A stretch of 64,000 nucleotides of DNA from Octopus vulgaris (lineage: Eukaryota). This document shows positions 1 to 12,590 of the stretch, in pieces. Every line of letters starts with the position of its first letter. The stretch's first letter is position 1. The notes under the pieces are model-generated. The model saw only the letters and a list, made by a program, of their open reading frames with translations. It ran no database searches and was not told the origin of the DNA. Made by a program: the position numbers and the translations under genes. Location: positions 4,960,001 to 5,024,000 of the forward strand of contig OX597816.1 of the NCBI GenBank assembly GCA_951406725.2, read 5' to 3'.

Positions 1-235
1 ACACACACACACACACGCACTCACACACTCATTCACACACACAAACACAAAAACACATACACACACTCACACACACACACACACACACTCACAAACACAC
101 TCACACACACACACACACAAACACACTCACACACAAACACACTCACACACACACACACACACATTCACACACACAAACACAAAAACACATACACACACTC
201 ACACACTCATACACTCACACACACACTCACACACA

Positions 236-270
<35 letters not shown>
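1..270. repeat. (CA)n compound microsatellite
   Basis: Imperfect CA repeats seen directly. Confidence 0.95.
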
Positions 271-271
<1 letters not shown>

Positions 272-550
272 TGCACAAAGTTGCAAACTTAGCAATCTAG
301 AATAAAATTTGCAATGAAAATAATAATAATAAAAAAGATGAAGACCAACAGTTCAAAAGAAAACCAAAATCGGTGGAACCTAAAAGCCAAGAGATCAACC
401 AAAACAAACCTGATCAGTCTTGGAGGGATGTTTACATAAAGCAAAACCTACACCATGGATGTCAGCTGTTGATGTGATATTAATGTGGTAAAAACATGCA
501 ACAGATAAAAGAGATTTAAGTCCTCTAAAGAGAAGTTTACAAATGTAATA

Positions 551-780
551 CTCTTTTACTTGTTTCAGTCATTTGACTGCAGCCATGCTGGAGCAACACC
601 TTTAGTTGAGCAAATCGACCCCGGGACTTATTCTTTGTAAGCCTAGTACTTATTCTATCAGTCTCTTTTGCCGAACTGCTAAGTTACAGGGACGTAAACA
701 CACCATCGGTTGTCAAGCGATGTTGGGGGAACAAACACAGATACACAAACATTTACACACACATACCCCAAATACCCCAA
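551..780 (-). mobile_element. tRNA-derived SINE family A, 3' half
   Basis: Matches the 3' part of the full copy at 49651-50067 and ends where the MITE at 786 begins. Confidence 0.85.
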
Positions 781-785
781 ATATA

Positions 786-950
786 CCATATTTTAATGTA
801 TATAAGGAACCCTTTTTTTTTTATCAAAAATTAAGTTAAAAGATATGGGAGTTTCTTACAAGTGAATAGTATTATAATCCCTTACAAAACATTTTTTCCA
901 AATTTTAAGCCGCCGAAACTAAGGGGTCCCTTATACATGTTAAAATAAGG
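786..950. mobile_element. Tc2/pogo-type MITE
   Basis: Imperfect ~27-bp TIRs (ccatattttaatgtatataaggaaccc / gggtcccttatacatgttaaaataagg) with TA on both flanks. Confidence 0.7.
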
Positions 951-1313
951 TATCCTTTAAAAACACTTGTGTTGGTACCACATATAAAGCAACTGTGATG
1001 GTGCCATGTAAAAAGCCCCCAGTGCCATGGGAGAGGCACCAGAAATGACCAGTATTCAGATGGTGCCAATACTTGCTGTCATCTGAAGACTCTGTAAGAA
1101 GTTTAGTATTGGCTGCTTTTGATGCCAGAAAATTACTCATTTTGAAATGGTCCTGATTGTACCGATCACAATAGGTACCACACTGACTTTTGAGGTTCTA
1201 TGGATTCTTTTGACTTCCATTACTAGATTCTATATTTAAGAGATGAGGAATTATGTACATTATTTACATTATTTACATTTGATGAATATTTGTCCTCATC
1301 TTGTTTGTTGTTA

Positions 1314-1357
1314 ACACAACGTTTCGGCTGATATACCCTCCAGCCTTCATCTGGTGT
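1314..1357 (-). ncRNA. Hammerhead motif with mutated core (CAGATGA)
   Basis: Reverse-complement copy of 1668-1711 with a U4>A change in the core. Confidence 0.55.
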
Positions 1358-1420
1358 CTTGGGGAAATTTCGAACATGGGTTCTCATTCCTAAGGTATTA
1401 ATAATAATAATAATAATAAC

Positions 1421-1467
<47 letters not shown>

Positions 1468-1492
1468 TAATAATAATGATAATGATAATAAC

Positions 1493-1545
<53 letters not shown>

Positions 1546-1570
1546 TAATAATAATGATAATGATAATAAC

Positions 1571-1619
<49 letters not shown>

Positions 1620-1667
1620 TTGAAAAATACCCTAGGAATGAGAACCCTGGTTTGCAATTTCCCCATT

Positions 1668-1711
1668 ACACCTGATGAAGGCTGGAGGGTATATCAGCCG
1701 AAACGTTGTGT
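1668..1711 (+). ncRNA. Minimal type I hammerhead ribozyme motif (PLE-type)
   Basis: acac-CTGATGA-a-ggctg..cagcc-GAAA-cg-TT-gtgt: stem I acac/gtgt, 5-bp stem II, palindromic ACGT stem III. Confidence 0.75.
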
Positions 1712-3029
1712 TAACAACAAACAAGATGAGGACAAATATCTGTCAAATGCAAATAATGTAATATGGCGTTCTCATATCAATATAAACAGCACATGACCTT
1801 GCAGGTGGGGCCCAGTTAAAATTTTCTTCTGGTTGAGTAACCCATCCCACTCAAAAGGTCCCTGAATAAGGGTTGTTTAAGGATGTTGAACGAAATACCC
1901 ATGTTTCCAGAGGTGAATTATTCAAACCCCAAAGAACCCCTCTCAACACATGGCTATGATGCTCCTCCACTACTTCTGCTCGTGATCAGAGATGCACACA
2001 TCGTCAGCCACTAAGGGACATGGTCAACTGGTTAAGGTCAAACAACTGACAAGCAAATCTCTGGTATTGAGCAGAATATTTGCTGTAGCCTATCTTTATT
2101 ACCAAGTCCAAACAATGTACATGATAACACTTCCAATCAGTTAAGATCAGAAGCCATGACAGCCACTGCATCAAAGCATTTATTGTTGCTGCTACTGCCG
2201 CCATCGTCGTTGTCGTCATGATGATGATCATCATCATTAAGAGAGAGTACAGCACACACCATCAAAGCTGTGATCCAAATATATCAAGCACAATATAGCC
2301 ACCACGTCTGATAAGAGTATTCCAGGCACATACCTCACAACCATATTTCAATAAAATTCTTTTCTCCTACTCTTCTCCTGACCTCACTTGTGTTACACAG
2401 TTTGTAAAATGGGAATATTATAAACATGAAGATAAGAGAGACAAGATTGTTGTTAAACTGGCAAGTTCAGATAAACAGAGGGGGGCATCGTGATTTTCTT
2501 AAAAGTCAGAATAAGTTTGCAATGCAGTGAATAGAGCTAAGAAACGGAAAGTGCTGGATATTAAAAGGGTTTGTCTCTCAAGAAGATAATACATAAATAC
2601 AAACGTCTCGTAAGCTTCAAAGTGTTCTAACAGCTAAAGCTTAAGATTAATCTCATGCTGTTTACTAAATATTGTTTACAAATCTCTTTCTAGATGAACC
2701 ACCAATCTATTTCAGGTAAGATTCTTAGATGATCTGGTGCTAGGTAAACTGAGATGGCAGAATTAAGAATATTATCCTATTACATAACAAAATACGAGAC
2801 ATGAACTTCAGTTCTTTGAAATTGTAGGCTAAGACGGTATCTGCTGCTCAGTGATTTCGATTCAAGTGTCTTGGATACGGTTTCTTCTTCTTCTTTTCAG
2901 ATACCTGTGAAGATTATAAACCAAACTTACTCGTAATCTTGATGTCTTTTAGAGTGTCATACAATGATTCTGATTCGTCTGTATTCTGTGAAATACAATC
3001 CCAGAAAATCCATAACTTCAGGTCATATA

Positions 3030-3470
3030 TCATCATCATCATCATCGTCGTTGTCGTCGTTTAACGTCCGCTTTCCATGCTGGCATGGGTTGGACAGTTT
3101 GAGTGAGGACTGGCAAGTCAGAAGACTGCACCAGGCTCCAATCTGATCTGGCAAAGATTCTACAGCTGGATGCCCTTCCTAATGCCAACCACTCTGAGAG
3201 TGTAGTGGGTGCTTTTACATGCCACCAGCACGAGGGCCAGTCAGGCGGGACTGGCAATGACCACACTCATATGGTGCTTTTTATGTGCCACCTGCACAGG
3301 GGCCAGTCCGGTGGCACTGGCAACGACCACACTGAAATGGTGCTTTTTATGTGCCACCTGCGCGAGGGCCAGTCAGGCAGTTCTGGCAATGGCCACACTC
3401 AAATGGTACTTTTTATGTGCTACCTGCACAGGAGCCAGTCCAGTGGCACTGGCAACGACCATGCTTGAAT
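3030..3470 (-). mobile_element. SINE-like family C with (GAT)n tail and internal ~60-bp tandem units
   Basis: Body ...ggcattaggaagggcatccagctgtagaa...cggacgttaaacgatgat recurs about 20 times in the window; this copy has 4-5 internal units. Confidence 0.85.
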
Positions 3471-3810
3471 GTTGTTTCTATCTCTTAAGGCAGTAAGCTG
3501 GCTGAATCATTAGTACGTTGGGTGAGGTGCTGAGTTCAAATTCCACTGAGTTCAGCTTTACCTTTCATCTTTTCAGAGTCGATAAAATAAGTACCAGTTG
3601 CGTACTGGGGTTGAAGTAATTGACTTACCTCACCCTTGAAATTGCTGGTCTTGTGCCAAAACTTGAAAGCAATATATCCACCACTTCCTTGATTACTAAA
3701 CAAATATTTAAATAATCACCCAGCATTTATAAGTACTTAACAAGCACCTTGATAAACTATCTCTGAAATTAATTATTTAGTGAGTCTTTCATTACTATGG
3801 TGAAGCCTAT

Positions 3811-3853
3811 ATTTTGCTGATGAGATTTAATAAAATTGAAACATGTCCACTAT
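3811..3853 (+). ncRNA. Hammerhead motif, intact core with weak stem I
   Basis: CTGATGA-gattt..aaatt-GAAA-catg-TC: palindromic ACATGT stem III and GUC triplet; stem I has two mismatches. Confidence 0.55.
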
Positions 3854-4326
3854 TGTCTCCTACATTTCCTCAGATGATTAGAATAATGCTAACTATTGAT
3901 CAAATAGCATCTTTTCCTCCCTGTAAATTCATTTTTTAAGTAACTTCTTCATACTAAATATAATAAATATTTTAACCGTGTGAATGATGAGACCTCAGAT
4001 TACCAAAAGCACAAGTTCTGCTGGGCTTTTGTAGTTGCTGAGAGGTACACAAGAGATTGGGACAGGCCAATTGGGAGGCCTCCATGGTGATGAGAAAGCG
4101 ATTTAGTTAAGCAATTGGGGTCAAGATAAAAAAGAATGGAACAATCAAGTGAATATTGGAAGTGCATTGTAACCATCGATGTATAACAGCATCTGAAGGT
4201 CTGGTTGATGATTAAGGTAAAATATAGATTTTAAGTTTTATCGAGATTTCTGAAGAAATATATTACAGCTTTGGATTTTAGTTCTTAAGGTTATTTCTCA
4301 AATAAAAAAAAATATTTTTAACTTAC

Positions 4327-4470
4327 CAAGGGACTGAGAGCTATTCGGATTTTGAATGAAAACTGTTGACACGCCTTGGGCTTTGCCGGCTTGATTTTGA
4401 GCTGTACATTTGTAGGCTCCAGTGTCTGTCAAGTAGTTGGCATTGTGAATCACCAAAGTTCCATTCTCAT
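4327..4470 (-). CDS. FSTL5: FSTL4/5-like gene, internal exon (second half of Ig domain 2)
   Basis: Acceptor tttttattAG, donor GTAAGT; 144 nt, phase 1-1. (H)ENGTLVIHNANYLTDTGAYKCTAQNQAGKAQGVSTVFIQNPNSSQSL contains the DTGxYxCxAxNxAG I-set motif. Confidence 0.93.
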
Positions 4471-4629
4471 CTAATAAAAATAGAAAAGAAAACATATAAA
4501 AGCACGTTAGCATTAAACCCAAAATCTTCCATATTTTACCAAGAATTTAAATTGATAAGTTCTGAAATTTTACCAGTCTCTTAAACAATATTCTTATTAA
4601 GATCATCATTAACATCATCACCATCATCC

Positions 4630-4824
4630 ATGCCAGTGGCACACCATGCTGGTAGCATGTAAAAAGCACCCATTACATTTCCGGAGTGGTAGGCATTAGG
4701 AAGGGCATCCAGCTGTAGAAACCTTGCAAGATCAGATTGGAGTCTCATGCAGCTTCCTGGTTTGCCACTCCTCAGTCAAACTGTCCAACCCATGCCAGCA
4801 TAGAAAGCGGATGTTAAACGATGT

Positions 4825-4877
<53 letters not shown>
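4630..4877 (+). mobile_element. SINE-like family C with (GAT)n tail
   Basis: Same body as 3030-3470 in the opposite orientation; the tail has expanded to (GAT)~17. Confidence 0.85.
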
Positions 4878-6010
4878 TGTTCTGAGATTCTACCAGTCTG
4901 TTAGACAGTATTCTTATCAACAATTTAACAAAGTGAAAAACAATAAACAGAATGGGAAGGAACAGGTTTTTGGAGTAGATAAATTGAGTTATTCAGGTAT
5001 TTAGTTATATCTGGCTATCATCTGTGTTCTTGGACAAAGCAATTCATTTCATGTTGTTCAAGATCACACAGCTGGTAATAATGAGTAATCGTGTGAGAGA
5101 CTAGCATCCCATCCAGGGAGGAAAATATACACCAGAAAAACCAGGAAGCCGGCCCTAAGTTCCTTACAGAGTAACATGGACTAACCCCATAGTTTGAGTT
5201 CAAATCTCACAGAGATCAATTATGCTTGTCCTCATTCTAGGGTCGATAAAATAAGAACAGTTAAATTATTAGGTTGGTTAAAACAACAAACATCTTCCTT
5301 TGAATTTGTGATTTTATTCAGCTAAAAGTTTAGAACTCCCATTTATTGGTAGAATAGGATTATATCACATCAACAATCATCAATAAATTCCTTGCGTATG
5401 TGTATATATACAAACACACACACAAGCACTTTATAATTTATGGGGCTATACTGACTTCAGCAACAAGTGTACTAAATGTCTCTGTTACTGCAGCTTCTGC
5501 TTTGCTGATAAGTACTACATCCTCAGTAACCTTAACTTTAAAATAGACACTTTAAATAAGAAATCCCAGTTGATAGACGCCATTATGAGTCTAAATATTA
5601 CTTGGATAATTGAATGAGAAATATTGAAGTTGATTGAATCACTGAATCTCAAGAACAGCTTAACAGAAAGTTTATAGAACGATATCCTACATACAAAAAA
5701 GTTATCCTATTTACATATATTATATACACACATACACACATAATATATTAAAGAATATTCTACATTTGTATTGGATCCTATAATTTATTGCTTCTGGTAA
5801 ATCAACAGAGATTCATATACATATATATATATATATATATTTTACGTTGTGAGTTCAAATTCCACCGAGGTCGACTTTGCCTTTCATCCTTTCTGGGTCG
5901 ATGAATTAAGTACCAGTTACGCACTGAGGTCGATGTAATCGACTTAATCCATGTGTCTGTCCTTGTTTGTCCTCTCTGTGTTTAGCCCGTGTGGGTAGTA
6001 AAGAAAGGTA

Positions 6011-6080
<70 letters not shown>

Positions 6081-6598
6081 TACACACACACACATACAAA
6101 CACATACATACAGTGTGTGTGTGTGTATGCAGTGTGACTGCTAGTATTATTCCATATAAAGTATTTTTTTAAGAACAAAGCGAACATAACACAGTATCTG
6201 GAGTAAAGACAAACATATCATATTTGATCCTGTTCCAGCTAAAAGCATTCCATCCCATAATATTTCATAGCTATATCAATATAGCTGATCCTCAGACAGG
6301 AGTTTTGTTGGAGCAAATTACTTTTTATTCCGTTTCCCCAGCTCTATTGACTTACAGTTTGTCATGCGTATGTAGGATGTTTATCGACAGACATTCAGCT
6401 TATTGGTTAAACAGTTGCTTTAGATTCGGTGTATCAACCAGGTTTGATACATCTCATAAAATCACTGAAGATGTATTTATTGTCATGACAGCACTTATCA
6501 ATTAACTCTGATCTATTATTTATAGTGTCTGTAGTAACCAGTAGGATTAGTACAGATATAGAGTTAGTTCCAGATAGCAGTAGATATCAATGTAATAA

Positions 6599-6995
6599 AG
6601 GCATAGGAGTGGCTGTGTGGTAAGTAGCTTTCTTATGAACCACATGGTTCCAGGTTCAGTCTCACTGTGTGGCACCTTGGGCAAGTGTCTTCTACTATAG
6701 CCTCGGGCCAACCAAAGCCTTGTGACTGGATTTGGTAGACGGAAACTAAAAGAAGCCTGTTGTATATATGTACATATATATATATGTGTATGTGTGTGTA
6801 TATGTTTGTGTTTGTCCCCTCCAACATTGCTTGACAACCAATGCTGGTGTGTTTACGTCCCTGTAACTTAGCAGTTCGGCAAAAGAGATTGATAGAATAA
6901 GTACTAGGCTCCTGGAGTCGATTTGTTTGACTAAAGGCAGTGCTCCAGCATGGCTACTGTCAAATGACTGAAACAAATAAAAGAGTATAAAAAGA
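6599..6995 (+). mobile_element. tRNA-derived SINE family A
   Basis: Pol III A-box-like tggctgtgtgg, B-box-like ggttcagtct, internal TA/TG microsatellite, (GTAAAAGA)-type tail. Confidence 0.85.
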
Positions 6996-7633
6996 GTATA
7001 TCACTCAGTAGCATTATGGTGTTTCGTTTGTTTTCATGTATAAAAATGAATTTATGATGTAAGCACCGGCTTTTGAAACAAACCTTCATAAACTGCAAAA
7101 TAGAATTTAGAAGGTTCTGCATCTCTGTCAACATTGGGAGAAGTTCAGTAAATTTCCCCTGGGGTCGTAAAGGAGAATTTTATTGCAAGCCTTAAGTGCA
7201 GGCAAAGCCCTCATCACCAGAGCCTTTGTGATTGAAAAGCCACATTAGAATGTTGATGATAAAAGTATTAATATAATGATGCATGTTAAAAAGATGGGGA
7301 GTCTGCGTGGGTGAAACACATCAATGATCCAGTTGACGTCATGATGGGCTGTTTTCAAAGAGCTGAGATCTGTGATCATCCAACCTAGATAAATAATGAC
7401 GATTCAGCCTAGATAAAGCCAAATCCAGATTTAACACCCTGTATTAATCCTGGGGTTTCTGCTTATGCATTTCTCTGCATCTATTTTTAATCATTCCCAG
7501 GGCATCTGTAATAGTTATTGTTTGTTTTTAATCCACACATTCTGTTCAACACTGTTTCAAAAGCTTTGTTTTTCTAATTTCTCCATTCTTTTGGAAATAC
7601 ACTACTGTCTGCTAAGAATTATTATCATTATTA

Positions 7634-7676
<43 letters not shown>

Positions 7677-7679
7677 GGT

Positions 7680-8075
7680 AGTAAAGTAGTGAGCTGGCAG
7701 AAATGTTAGCACGCCAGGTGAAATGCTTAGCGGTATTTCATCTTCCGTTATGTTCTGAGTTCAAATTCCGCCGAGGTCGACTTTGCCTTTCATTCTTTCA
7801 GGGTCGATTAAATAAGTACCAGTTACGCACTGGGGTCGATTTAATCGACTTAATCCGTTTGTCTGTCCTTGTTTGTCCTCTCTGTGTTTGGGCCCTTGTG
7901 GGCAATAAAGAAATAGGTATGTCTTTATGTTTTGAGTTCAAATTCCACCGAGGTTGACTTTGCCTTTCATCCTTTCAGGGTCAATAAATTAAGTACCATT
8001 TGTGTACTGGGGTTGATCAAATCGACTGGCCCCCTCCCCAAAAGTTTTGAACCTTGTGCCTAGAGTAGAAACGAA
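7680..8075 (+). mobile_element. tRNA-derived SINE family B (dimeric, Meta-domain-like core)
   Basis: gagctggcagaa head plus two copies of gagttcaaattcc..gactttgcctttcatcctttc.gggtcgat.aa.taagtaccag. The Meta-domain label is from memory and unverified. Confidence 0.8.
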
Positions 8076-8417
8076 TAGTATTATTGTTGTTGTTGTTGTT
8101 GTTGTTATTGAGACAGCACACTGGCAGAATGGTTATTGTGTTGTACAAAACATTTGGCAGGGTTTCTTCCAGCTCTTTTCAATCTGAGTTCAAATTTCAC
8201 CAAGGTTCACTAAGCCTTTTCTTATTTGATAAAATAAAGTTCCAGTCAAGTGCTACCGGGGGGTCGCTGTCATTGAATTTCCTCCCCCTTAAAATTCCTG
8301 GCATTGTGCCAAAATTTGAAATTATTATTATTGTTGTTGTTGTTGTTGCTGTTGTCTTCTTTTATATGAGCTGTTCCCAGTCTTTTTTTTTCTTTTTCTT
8401 TTTCCTTTTTTTTTTCA

Positions 8418-8812
8418 TTTTACTTGTTTCAGTCATTTGACTGTGGCCATGCTGGAGCACCACCTTTAGTCGAGCAAATCGACCCCGGGACTTATTCTTT
8501 GTAAGCCCAGTACTTATTCTATCGTTCTCTTTTGCCAAACTGCTAAGTTACAGGGACGTAAACACACCAGCATCAGTTGTCAAGCAATGTTGGGGGGACA
8601 AACACAGACACACAAACATATACACACACATATATATATATACATATATACGATAGGCTTCTTTCAGTTTCCGTCTACCAAATCCACTCACAAGGCTTTG
8701 GTCGGCCCGGGGCTATAGTAGAAGACACTTGCCCAAGATGCCACACAGTGGGACTGAACCCAGAACCATGTGGTTGGTTAGCAAGCTACTTACCACACAG
8801 CCATTCCTGCGC
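8418..8812 (-). mobile_element. SINE family A
   Basis: Full-length reverse-complement match to 49651-50067. Confidence 0.88.
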
Positions 8813-8989
8813 TGTCCAGAAATTTTCAGTAAAATCAATCTGGATGTTTTACTATGGATGTTATTTATAAGTAGTAATGATATGTTTCAGGGAAAGACAG
8901 CCAAATATTAATCATCTCAGACATAGGTTCTTGTGTCTAGCTATGAATAGTTTCATATACACAGCTCAAGGATAACAATTACAGACAAA

Positions 8990-9240
8990 ATAGTGGACAG
9001 AATCACAACAAAAAAACATCAGGAGAAGAACAATAACAGGCCTTTCTCTCGACAACCATATTTGTTAGGCAAACTAATGGACAGAATCACAAGAAATTCT
9101 GGAGAATAACAATAATATGCCTTTCTCTCAACAACCATATTTGTTAGGCAAACTAATGGACAGAATCATAAAAAAAACAAACTAAATTCAAGAGAATAAT
9201 GATAATAGACTTATATCTCATCTACCTTATTTGTTCACCC
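8990..9240. repeat. Minisatellite, three copies of ~80-85 bp
   Basis: ggacagaatca..gagaa.aac/taataa..cctttctctc..caaccatatttgtt repeats at ~8995, ~9079 and ~9158. Confidence 0.8.
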
Positions 9241-9667
9241 AAATCCTTACTTTCCTCATCATTTTCAGCAGTTTGATTGTCTGAATCAACTCTCATTGCC
9301 AGCATAAGTTTAAACTGTTTGTCCAAAGAATAAATACCATCAATAATTTCCTCAATTGTAAAGAGTGTAGGCTTTGCTCATTTAGCAGGTGAAGTGCTGG
9401 GTTTATCACAATCACACACTCGTATCATTGCAAAAGTCTATTTTTTTTCTTTCAATTAAAAAACCAAAAATAAATAACATCGATGGGCGACACCATTAAC
9501 AATGAGTCATAAGCACACTGGACTACAAAGTTGCCAAGTGACCGCTCGTCTAATTTTAGTATTTTATCTTCTGTTTCTATGTGTGTTGACCATTACGGCT
9601 TTAACGGGAATCCAGTAGAGATTATGCCTAAAGTATTCCCACTATACCAGGAACACAGACTGACTTA

Positions 9668-9872
9668 CTCATTTACTTGCTTCAGTCATTTGACTGCGGC
9701 CATGCTGGGGCACCACCTTTAGTCGAGCAAATTGACTCCAGGACTTATTCTTTGTAAGCCTAGTACTTATTCTATCGGTCTCTTTTGCCGAACCACTAAG
9801 TTATGGGGACATTAAACACACCAGCATTGGTTGTCAAGCGATAGAGCGGGGACAAACACAAACACATAAACG

Positions 9873-9904
<32 letters not shown>

Positions 9905-10063
9905 CTATATATATACGAAGGGCTTCTTTCAGTTTCCGTCTACCGACTTCACTCACAAGGCTTTGGTTAGCCCAAGGCTATTGTAGAAGACATTTGCCCA
10001 AGGTGCCACGCAGTGGGAATGAACCCAGAACCATGTGGTTGGTAAGCAGCCACTCCTGCACCT
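9668..10063 (-). mobile_element. SINE family A
   Basis: Near full-length reverse-complement copy. Confidence 0.85.
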
Positions 10064-10139
10064 ATGTTAAAAGCTTATTGTAATATTTGTACTTTTAAAA
10101 ATAAAAGTTTCAGACATGATCACATTGATAATTTCTTTT

Positions 10140-10530
10140 AGCTTCTCGGATGTGCGCTGTACCCATAAAAACAATCTTTTGTAGTTCCAATATTTTGGGG
10201 TTTCCTGGTATTTGGCCATATTGTTTAAGAATGCCAGTTGATATTATCTACAAAAACCTCCAAAGAAAACACATTCTTTGATGTCACATTTTTGAGATTT
10301 TTCTTTCAAAGTCTTTGTACTTACATAATTTTACAAACGTTTTCAGAAAAGTGTTGCTGTCTACCAGGATTGACTTCTCTATGAGCAAACATATTTAGCC
10401 AATGGGATTCTTCACCACAATATCCAGTCTAACAGCCTGAATAGCACAATCAGTTGGAATAATAAAGTCTCAAAACATGGGGATGTCTTTATATTCCGCT
10501 ACTTTGGCAGTCTTAGGTTTCCAGTAGCTC
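10140..10530 (-). mobile_element. Decayed R4/Dong-like (restriction-like endonuclease) LINE 3' fragment
   Basis: Broken frames give F*DFIIPTDCAIQAVRLDIVVKN and QIPGNPKILELQKIVFMGTAHI, resembling the WDFxIxTD..RPDIVV and LQKxxxxGTAHI motifs. Confidence 0.6.
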
Positions 10531-10589
10531 CCATTATCATTATCATTATCATCCAGTAGAAAGGATTATTACTATTATTATTATTATTG

Positions 10590-11010
10590 CCTTTGCACAG
10601 CTTCTAATGCTGGAGATGTACTACAGTGCCAGCTGTTCCCTACCAGTACACTAAGGTAACACCTCTTATTTTTCAAGCACCTTCTGGAGTATTCGAGCAG
10701 TTCCAAGCAGTGCTGTTTTCTACAAGTGCTCCACCCTTATTGCAGCCCCTATTTGTTCCATGTACTTCTCGAGATTTTTGCTCACTGTTCCCAGGGCTCC
10801 GATAATTATTGGTACTACTGCTACCTTTTTCATCGACCACAACTGCTTAACTTCCCAAGCTAACCTGTCATATCTCTCTACTTTTCTTTCTTCCTTACCG
10901 TATACTTTGTTGTCAGCTGGGCTTGCTATATCTATGATCCAGCATAGTTTGCTTTCTTTCTCACTTAACACTATGACTGGTATTCTATTCTCTATCTCAT
11001 GGTTGCACTG
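10590..11010 (-). mobile_element. R4/Dong-like LINE C-terminal fragment with (TAA)n tail
   Basis: CWIIDIASPADNKVYGKEERKVERYDRLAWEVKQLWSMKKVAVVPIIIGALGTVSK...*KTALLGTARILQKVL is a typical restriction-like endonuclease C-terminus, with an in-frame stop. Confidence 0.85.
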
Positions 11011-11531
11011 ATTATTATTTCTATTATTATTATTATTATCATTATTATTATTAAGGTGGTGAGCTAGCAGAATTGTTAGCATGCTGTGCAAAATGTTTTG
11101 TGGTATTTTGTTTGCTGCCATGCACTGCGTTCAAATTCCATTGAAGTCAACTTTGCTTTTCATACTTTTGTGGTCAATAAAATATTATTATTATTATTAT
11201 TATTATTATCATTATTAAGGTGGTGAGCAAGCAGAACCGTTAGCACAACATACGAAATGCTTTGCAGTATTTCACCTGTCATTTTGTTCTGGGTTGAAAT
11301 TTCACCGAGCTCGACTTAGCCTTTCATCCTTTCAGGGTCGATAAATTAAGTACCAGTTGAACATTGGGGTTTGAAGTAATCAACTCATCCCCTCCCGCAA
11401 AAGTTTGAAACCGTTATTATTATGATTATTATCACCATCTTCATCATTATCTCTTTGACTTAAAGAAATAAGCTTAAACAATTCTTCAAACCAAAAAAAA
11501 AAAGAAAAGGTATTGTGGTGTTAATACTCAC

Positions 11532-11690
11532 GTTGTCTAATGTAATGTTTGGCGTTGTTTGGCAGCGGCATTTCATTAATCTCCCAGCTCAACTCTGGAC
11601 GAGGAATACCTTCAGCATGGCACTTGAGTACAACATCCGAATGAGATTTGTGTAGCTGGGTTGAAGGAGACACCATTACTTTGGGTGGCA
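11532..11690 (-). CDS. FSTL5: FSTL4/5-like gene, internal exon (first half of Ig domain 2)
   Basis: Acceptor ctttcAG, donor GTGAGT; 159 nt, phase 1-1. (M)PPKVMVSPSTQLHKSHSDVVLKCHAEGIPRPELSWEINEMPLPNNAKHYIRQ contains the I-set CHAEGIPxPxxxW motif. Confidence 0.93.
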
Positions 11691-11847
11691 CTGAAAGTTA
11701 AAGAAATGGAATGCATGAGAAAATATTCAATCACCTAAGATTTTGGCAACAAAGTAAATAAGCAATTTATATGAATACAAGGACTCAATGACTAATAATG
11801 GTTTTATACATTTATTATTCACTATAACATTCCTGAGTGATGTATAT

Positions 11848-11903
<56 letters not shown>

Positions 11904-12182
11904 TCTACCATCCATTTTTCATGTCGGCATGAGTTGGATGGTTTGACAAAAGCTGGCCAGCCAGAGGGCTGCACCAGGCTCCAGTCATCTTTATGGCATG
12001 GTTTCTATGGCTACATGCCCTTCCTAATGCCAACCACTCTACAAAGTGTACTGGCTGCTCTTTACAGCACACCAACATGGATGTTTTATGTGGCACCTAT
12101 AGGGTCCCTAACTAGCTTGTAAGACAGAGAGACCTCAGCTGAGAGAGAGAGAGAGGAACCAAGAGAAGTGACTATGTGCTTA

Positions 12183-12220
<38 letters not shown>

Positions 12221-12222
<2 letters not shown>

Positions 12223-12528
12223 GAGGCGCAATGGCCCAGTGGTTAGGGCAGCGGACTCGCGGTCGTAGGATCGCAGTTTCGATTCCCAGACCGGGCGTTG
12301 TGAGTGTTTATTGAGCGAAAACACCTAAAAGCTCCACGAGGCTCCGGCAGGGGGTGGTGGTGATCCCTGCTGTACTCTTTCACCACTCTTTCTCCCATTC
12401 TTTCTTCTGTTGGCCTGCTTGCTTAGCCAGCGGGGTGGTGTCATTCGAAGGCTAAAAACAATGCGAACGCATTGTGACCAGCGATGTGTAACTACATCTG
12501 ATGGACTGGTCGGTCACGTGATCACGTG

Positions 12529-12530
<2 letters not shown>
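12221..12530 (+). mobile_element. tRNA-derived SINE family D
   Basis: tRNA-like head ggaggcgcaatggcccagtggttagggcagcggact..gtttcgattccc; second copy at 37678; inserted in (TA)n. Confidence 0.8.
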
Positions 12531-12559
<29 letters not shown>

Positions 12560-12590
12560 GTTGTATGTTGAAAACACCAACACACATATA

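Larger units (their letters stand above)
1265..1760. repeat. Inverted repeat of a PLE terminal-repeat family around an (AAT)n spacer
   Basis: About 135-bp arms (1265-1399, 1626-1760) are reverse complements; the spacer is ~225 bp of (AAT)n. Confidence 0.9.

Noticed and set aside
12221-12295. tRNA gene
   Set aside because: A tRNA-like head continuing into a SINE body, with a second copy at 37678; no complete cloverleaf or terminator.
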